Origin: a virus
Lineage: Duplodnaviria; Caudoviricetes
DNA length: 64,000 nucleotides
Reading direction: 5' to 3' (one strand)
Virus record (IMG/VR): IMGVR_UViG_3300017774_006743
Location: 10,322 to 74,321 of that record
The notes below the pieces were generated by a model. That model did no database searches, was not told where the DNA came from, and saw only the letters and a program-made list of their open reading frames with translations. Positions 59,450 through 64,000 of this stretch are shown here, in pieces. The position numbers were made by a program, and so were the translations under genes. Each line of letters starts with the position of its first letter. The stretch's first letter is position 1.

Positions 59450-59915
59450 AATCGTTGTTAGTCCAACTTACTCTGCACGAAAATATTTCAATTTTGTTGA
59501 CTTTCAGACGTTATCTGAAGTCATAACGATTGTCTATAACGCAAAACTTAACAAACAACAGGTTAAGAGACAAACGATTACACTCAAGCTCCATTTATCA
59601 AAAAAAATCAATTGCTACAAATGGGGTACAAATTCAATATATCTCTATGAAAGAGATTACAAAAACCCTCTAAGTTCATTCTTCGCGCGGTTCCTTCATG
59701 AGTTTCGCCATTGGTATCAATGCAAAATCATGAAAGTGTCTTTCGATGAGAATTACGATTCAACTGGGATGGCCTATTACCGGTGCCCAATTGAAAAAGA
59801 CGCGCGGTATTTTGGGGATAACATCTCCGGTGCATGTTTGCAAATCTATAAGAAGATTGTTATGACTAAAAAGCTGCTGAACGACCAAAAAGATGTAGAT
59901 CACGGATTCCGGTAG
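59442..59915 (+). CDS. HExxH metallopeptidase-like protein
   Basis: FLHEFRHWYQ and downstream IEKDA. Confidence 0.65.
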   Translation: MIKIVVSPTYSARKYFNFVDFQTLSEVITIVYNAKLNKQQVKRQTITLKLHLSKKINCYKWGTNSIYLYERDYKNPLSSFFARFLHEFRHWYQCKIMKVSFDENYDSTGMAYYRCPIEKDARYFGDNISGACLQIYKKIVMTKKLLNDQKDVDHGFR

Positions 59916-59939
59916 ACCCATTCTGCTTAAATAAAAGCA

Positions 59940-60140
59940 ATGAATAAGGTAACATTTAAGCGTGAGATTATACAAAATATTCAAGATATCAAAGATTCTC
60001 TTGTTGAAATAGAGAACATTATTGATGATATTAATGACATTGAATTGTCTGAGGCTACAATCGCATGGCTCGATAAAGTGGATAACATCATCAAGGATGG
60101 TGCTGCTCAAACACTTTTTCATATTGAAAGCATAGACTAG
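59940..60140 (+). CDS. Small helical hypothetical protein
   Basis: TAAATA 6 nt upstream. Confidence 0.6.
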   Translation: MNKVTFKREIIQNIQDIKDSLVEIENIIDDINDIELSEATIAWLDKVDNIIKDGAAQTLFHIESID

Positions 60141-60144
60141 CAAT

Positions 60145-60300
60145 ATGAAAAAGGAACTCTCTGATATTGAAGAATGTATGAGCCTTATACATGAAGTTCT
60201 TATGTATGAGAGGTTGTCCTATCCGAGTCAACACGCACTCGAATTGTGTATTAGGAAATTAGAGAAATTGGAAAAAGATTCCAAATTGGAAAAAAGTTAA
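60145..60300 (+). CDS. Small hypothetical protein (51 aa, below the track cutoff)
   Basis: Hand translation MKKELSDIEECMSLIHEVLMYERL...EKS; fills the gap. Confidence 0.55.
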   Translation: MKKELSDIEECMSLIHEVLMYERLSYPSQHALELCIRKLEKLEKDSKLEKS

Positions 60301-60319
60301 AAAGTACCAAATTCCCAAA

Positions 60320-60335
60320 GGAAAAACCATATAAT
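60320..60335 (+). promoter_or_regulatory. GGAA-N6-TATAAT promoter of the RadA-like gene
   Basis: GGAA 60320-60323, TATAAT 60330-60335, ATG 60364. Confidence 0.6.
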
Positions 60336-60363
60336 TGAAGAAAGAAACAATACTTCAATTATA

Positions 60364-61269
60364 ATGAAATCCAATTCAAATATTATCACCAAGCTTACAA
60401 AAGTCTCAGATATTGAGATCCCAGACCGGTTCTTCAACAGGATGAAGTCGGGGATTGAGAAAATCGACGAGCTTTTTGGTGGCGGTATCCTTCCGGGCCT
60501 TACGTTCACACTTACAGGGGTTGCTGGTGCTGGTAAATCAAGTGCCCTTCTTCAGATTCTAAACGCTCTTGCTCTCAGTGGTAAGCGTGTTGCATACCTG
60601 ACCGGTGAAGAAGATCTTCGTCAAGTTGCATTTAACTGCCGTCGTTTAGGTGTTGAAGATGTACTTCTTTCCAACGAAACAGACATTGATAAAATTAAAG
60701 CAATTGCTCGTGAGTCTGATATCGTTGTCATTGACTCATTCCCATGTATTACAACTACTGTTGATCTTCCAAAAGAAAAGCGTGAGAAGTTGATCATTGA
60801 TAAAATCATCAACTATTGCGATGAATTTGAATGTGCAATTGGGATGATTCTTCACTTGACTAAGTCTGGTCAATACAAGGGGTCAACCTACATTCCCCAC
60901 GCTGTTGGTGCCAACTTTCAAATCGATCTCGATCCTGATCTTGAAGAATATCGAATGATTGGTTCTTCAAAGAATCGTTATGGTCCAACAAAGCAATTCT
61001 CATTTCTTTTTGGACATGGTGGTTTTGAGTTTGACCAGTTTCGTGAGATCGACCGAGCTCCAGCAAAGTCAAATGATAAAGCTCATGAAAAGCAAGTCAT
61101 GGACCTTGTTACAGAGCATTTGAAGGTATCGAAATCTCAAGTGATTGAAGAGTTGAATATTACTTCTTCGAAAGCATATACAATCCTAAAGTCACTTACA
61201 GAGAGTAAAGCTCTTGAGAAGCAAGGTCGTGGTGATAACGCTATGTGGGTAATTCCAAAAGCTTCTTGA
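60364..61269 (+). CDS. RadA/Sms-like ATPase with a C-terminal winged-helix-like domain
   Basis: SGIEKIDELFGGG, GVAGAGKS, YLTGEE, VVIDS, KNRYG. Confidence 0.8.
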   Translation: MKSNSNIITKLTKVSDIEIPDRFFNRMKSGIEKIDELFGGGILPGLTFTLTGVAGAGKSSALLQILNALALSGKRVAYLTGEEDLRQVAFNCRRLGVEDVLLSNETDIDKIKAIARESDIVVIDSFPCITTTVDLPKEKREKLIIDKIINYCDEFECAIGMILHLTKSGQYKGSTYIPHAVGANFQIDLDPDLEEYRMIGSSKNRYGPTKQFSFLFGHGGFEFDQFREIDRAPAKSNDKAHEKQVMDLVTEHLKVSKSQVIEELNITSSKAYTILKSLTESKALEKQGRGDNAMWVIPKAS

Positions 61270-61630
61270 GTGGTACTATAAAGATATTGTAAAATCTCAC
61301 ACCAGCATAGATTAAACTACGTGTTGGTAAGCAGACGTTATCTACTTTCATTGCTTCTAAGAATATATCATCACATTCTTTTCGGGATCTTTTACCCTCT
61401 TTGAGTAAGTAGTCGTGAATAATTGCTGCTTTACCATAAGAACCAGTCGGTGGAAATAATACCCACAATGGGCGAGGAATAGATGCTAGGTCTGTGGGAA
61501 ATCCAATTGGTACTACAACAACATCTTTTGATGGGTATTGACCAACATGATATTCAAAGTCTTTAAGCAACTCAAATGTATTTGCTTTGATAAACAAAAG
61601 AGATACAGGTTGCTTAAAGACTGACTTCAT
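61241..61630 (-). CDS. DUF1353-family protein
   Basis: VPIGFPTDLASIPR...YGKAAIIHDYL...CDDIFLEAM. Confidence 0.85.
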   Translation of the reverse strand: MKSVFKQPVSLLFIKANTFELLKDFEYHVGQYPSKDVVVVPIGFPTDLASIPRPLWVLFPPTGSYGKAAIIHDYLLKEGKRSRKECDDIFLEAMKVDNVCLPTRSLIYAGVRFYNIFIVPLKKLLELPT

Positions 61631-61656
61631 CTTACAGATTATACTTCTGTAGTATG

Positions 61657-61794
61657 TTAGGTATTTCGAGATTCTTGAATCTTTCGAAGAAATACAGACA
61701 CCGGTTCAATTACGTTTAACCCTCCGGATTTTAAAGCAATGTCAAGTAACTGTACCAATGCGTTAGCTTCGTCGTTTGTTAGTTCGATTTTCAT
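61657..61794 (-). CDS. Small tail-fibre-associated protein (45 aa, below the track cutoff)
   Basis: Hand translation MKIELTNDEANALVQLLDIALKSGGLNVIEPVSVFLRKIQESRNT. Confidence 0.65.
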   Translation of the reverse strand: MKIELTNDEANALVQLLDIALKSGGLNVIEPVSVFLRKIQESRNT

Positions 61795-61797
61795 AAA

Positions 61798-62109
61798 TTA
61801 TTCAATGGGTTGTTGTTTTGCTGCAATCCAAGCCCGAAGAGGTTCAATTGCATTAAAAATTGCATTCATAGCCGTTGCTGCTTCTGGAACTTCATTAACA
61901 GCACCCCACAAATCACCAGTTTCAATTGTTTCAGCAAATTGGGCTGATCCAATGCTTTGTTCTGTTGCATTGTAAGGTAATGTTTCAATGGTTATACGAC
62001 CAGTTGTTGTTGTTGGTGCATGAATAATAATATTATATAACCACAAGTGGGGAAATACTTTTTCTGATACTTGCGGTACTACTACCGGATTGGGATTTTC
62101 TAATGTCAT
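61798..62109 (-). CDS. Tail-fibre-associated hypothetical protein
   Basis: Follows the fibre gene; TAAATA 5 nt upstream. Confidence 0.65.
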   Translation of the reverse strand: MTLENPNPVVVPQVSEKVFPHLWLYNIIIHAPTTTTGRITIETLPYNATEQSIGSAQFAETIETGDLWGAVNEVPEAATAMNAIFNAIEPLRAWIAAKQQPIE

Positions 62110-62154
62110 AAACGTATTTATTTTAATCTAAAGATAATATCAAGAACACTAATA

Positions 62155-64000
62155 TCACCAAGTCGAGAGAGGTGAGCGTTTCCAAGTGTTTGTGGCGGTA
62201 CATCTATAAATGTAATCAGCATCATAACGGACTTCACCAGCGGTCCCAGTGTCGCTCGCGGATGCGGGTGCAGCCTTACTTCCTTGAATAATCTCCCCAG
62301 TTGCCCCATAGGTCATTCGAACTGTTCCATCTGTAATAAGTGACATTGGACGGGCTGTCCCTCCAACACTACCTTTCTCCGTCCCGATTTCATAAACATC
62401 ACTGTAACTGTTCATTACGGTTGCCGTCGATACCGTCTGCGAAATACTAAGAGAGTATGTACTATTAATTGCGCCTAAAGTACCAGTTAATAATGAATTA
62501 ACTACGGTACCCGCTGTAACACCCGTCCCAGCTATTCTTTGCCCAACTGCAAATGTTCCTACGGCAGCAACAGTCAATGTCATCGTAGTTCCGCTTATTG
62601 TTGCCGTAAAAAAAGAACCTCTCCATCTAGAAAATCCGCGCTCAAAGTTCGATATACTTGTATATGTATTATAGATGTTGGATGTTTGGGCCATTGCTCC
62701 GTTGCTAGCATTACGTTGCCCTAGAGTGTTCCATGCATCACTGGAAAGTGATAACAACGGCGGCTCTCCCAAATCAACCGCGTTTGAACTCCAACCAAAG
62801 TAGCCAGTAGGTAAATTATTAACACCACCTGCACCACGTACCCCAAATGTTGCTGTACCATCAACTCTAAATGTAAAACCGTTCCCGTTATTAGTAACGC
62901 TCCACCGTCCCACAGTTAATATACCAGCAGAATCCACAGTCATTCGATCAGTGAATGTCAATGAATTGTTGATCTCACTTTGCAATCTCCATATCGCACT
63001 AGGATTAGCAGTACCCTGGACGGGAAGGATGTTTTCTCGAAACCTAACGATTTGGCTGGCGGAGAGAGAGCTGGCGTAGCCACGTCCCTCAAGGACGATG
63101 GAGGGGCTGACTTGAGTGAGGCCGGCGGTGGCGGCAGCGGTGTTGCGAACAGTAATTCTGGCAGCAGAGTTGGTTCCGAGGTTATCGGCTATGCCGAGTG
63201 TCAGAGTGTAGCTGCGGGTCCAATTGGTGCCGTCTGAGATGAGCATATTGCCAACTACCCCTGGAGAAAAAGGAGAAAGAACACCACCAACAGATTGAAT
63301 AATTCCACCACCGCTAAGACTTGTCACATTAACATCCCCAGTAGTTCCAATGGTCATGCGCGTGACACCATCCGTCACAAGAGACATCGCGCGTGCAGCA
63401 CCGCCCACCGTTCCTTTTTCGGTTCCGATTTGCAGGGCGTTTGAAACCCAGCCAAACGTGCCGCGCTCATGCTCGGTGGATGAGGTGAAGGTGTTGTAGA
63501 CGCGAAGGGTTTGGGGTAGAAGTCCGTTTCGTTGTGCCAGGATGTTGGCGGCGTCGCGGGTTAGGACAACGTCTGAACCAAAGCCTAAAGTGTTGCCGCT
63601 CGACACTTGCGTTGAAGCGTTTAGGAACAAATTCCAGCCATTCCCTGGAGTGATGTTTATGTGGCGAGTTGCTGAGATGGTGTTGTTTGAATCTTTGGCA
63701 TCCAATGTGATGGTGTTGCTGTCGCCGATAACTGCCAAAACTCCATTTGATGCCACAGTCATGCGGTCATTAAAGGTGCCAGTGTTGTTGATTTCGCTCT
63801 GCAATTTCCATGTCGCACTAGGATTAGCAGTACCTTGAACAGGAAGCACATTGTGCCTAAATCTAACAGTCTGACTTTCTGCTGTTGCATTTGTTTTCCA
63901 CCCCCGACCTTCAAGTACAAATGATGGACTAACTTGAACTGTTGCAGAAGATAATGCTGATGTTGTATTGCGAAGAGTTAAATAGGCAGTTGGTGTTGCA
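62155..64000 (-). CDS. Tail fibre protein with internal repeats (5' truncated)
   Basis: The frame stays open to base 64000 (ATPTAYLTLRNTTS...RFRHNVLPVQG); duplicated modules; C-terminal GEVRYDADYIYRC..TNTWKR. Confidence 0.85.
   Translation of the reverse strand, partial: ATPTAYLTLRNTTSALSSATVQVSPSFVLEGRGWKTNATAESQTVRFRHNVLPVQGTANPSATWKLQSEINNTGTFNDRMTVASNGVLAVIGDSNTITLDAKDSNNTISATRHINITPGNGWNLFLNASTQVSSGNTLGFGSDVVLTRDAANILAQRNGLLPQTLRVYNTFTSSTEHERGTFGWVSNALQIGTEKGTVGGAARAMSLVTDGVTRMTIGTTGDVNVTSLSGGGIIQSVGGVLSPFSPGVVGNMLISDGTNWTRSYTLTLGIADNLGTNSAARITVRNTAAATAGLTQVSPSIVLEGRGYASSLSASQIVRFRENILPVQGTANPSAIWRLQSEINNSLTFTDRMTVDSAGILTVGRWSVTNNGNGFTFRVDGTATFGVRGAGGVNNLPTGYFGWSSNAVDLGEPPLLSLSSDAWNTLGQRNASNGAMAQTSNIYNTYTSISNFERGFSRWRGSFFTATISGTTMTLTVAAVGTFAVGQRIAGTGVTAGTVVNSLLTGTLGAINSTYSLSISQTVSTATVMNSYSDVYEIGTEKGSVGGTARPMSLITDGTVRMTYGATGEIIQGSKAAPASASDTGTAGEVRYDADYIYRCTATNTWKRSPLSTW
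62925..63985 (-). repeat. Duplicated ~85 aa fibre module (copies ~63745-63985 and ~62925-63165)
   Basis: Shared protein QVSPS-LEGRG...LPVQGTANPSA-W-LQSEINN...DRMTV; shared DNA ATCGCACTAGGATTAGCAGTACC / GTCGCACTAGGATTAGCAGTACC. Confidence 0.9.

Noticed and set aside
1-64000. Stop-codon reassignment
   Set aside because: Core genes are full length under code 11, and TAA, TAG and TGA all end genes at tight junctions.
1-64000. CRISPR array, tRNA, intron or intein
   Set aside because: No spaced repeats or cloverleaf seen; PolB, helicase, terminase and primase are uninterrupted and of normal length.

Overview
A 64 kb slice of a large, AT-rich, very gene-dense T4-like myovirus genome (standard genetic code, both ends cut genes). 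It holds a T4-type replication set (gp43 PolB, UvsX, gp41, gp32, gp45, gp44, gp61, RNase H/FEN, dUTPase), tail, baseplate, neck and packaging genes scattered on both strands (gp18, gp19, gp3, gp54, gp48, gp53, gp6, gp25, gp26, gp14, gp17), several large virion or fibre proteins and an early accessory block. No CRISPR array, tRNA, reverse transcriptase, intein or intron was seen. Leading candidates for something new: (1) a QueC whose zinc-cysteine cluster is replaced (C/D/S/S), next to a class II glutamine amidotransferase coupled to a glycosyltransferase; both share an unusual GGAA-N6-TAnnnT promoter with the DNA polymerase, suggesting an undescribed amidation/glycosylation pathway. (2) Three promoter classes, most sitting 5-8 nt before start codons with almost no Shine-Dalgarno sites, implying widespread leaderless mRNAs. 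(3) The only large gap (56007-56243), which has a candidate promoter, a long irregular hairpin and a terminator: a candidate ~200 nt ncRNA antisense to a small Cys-rich lipoprotein ORF. All gene calls come from motifs recognised by eye; no database search was run.
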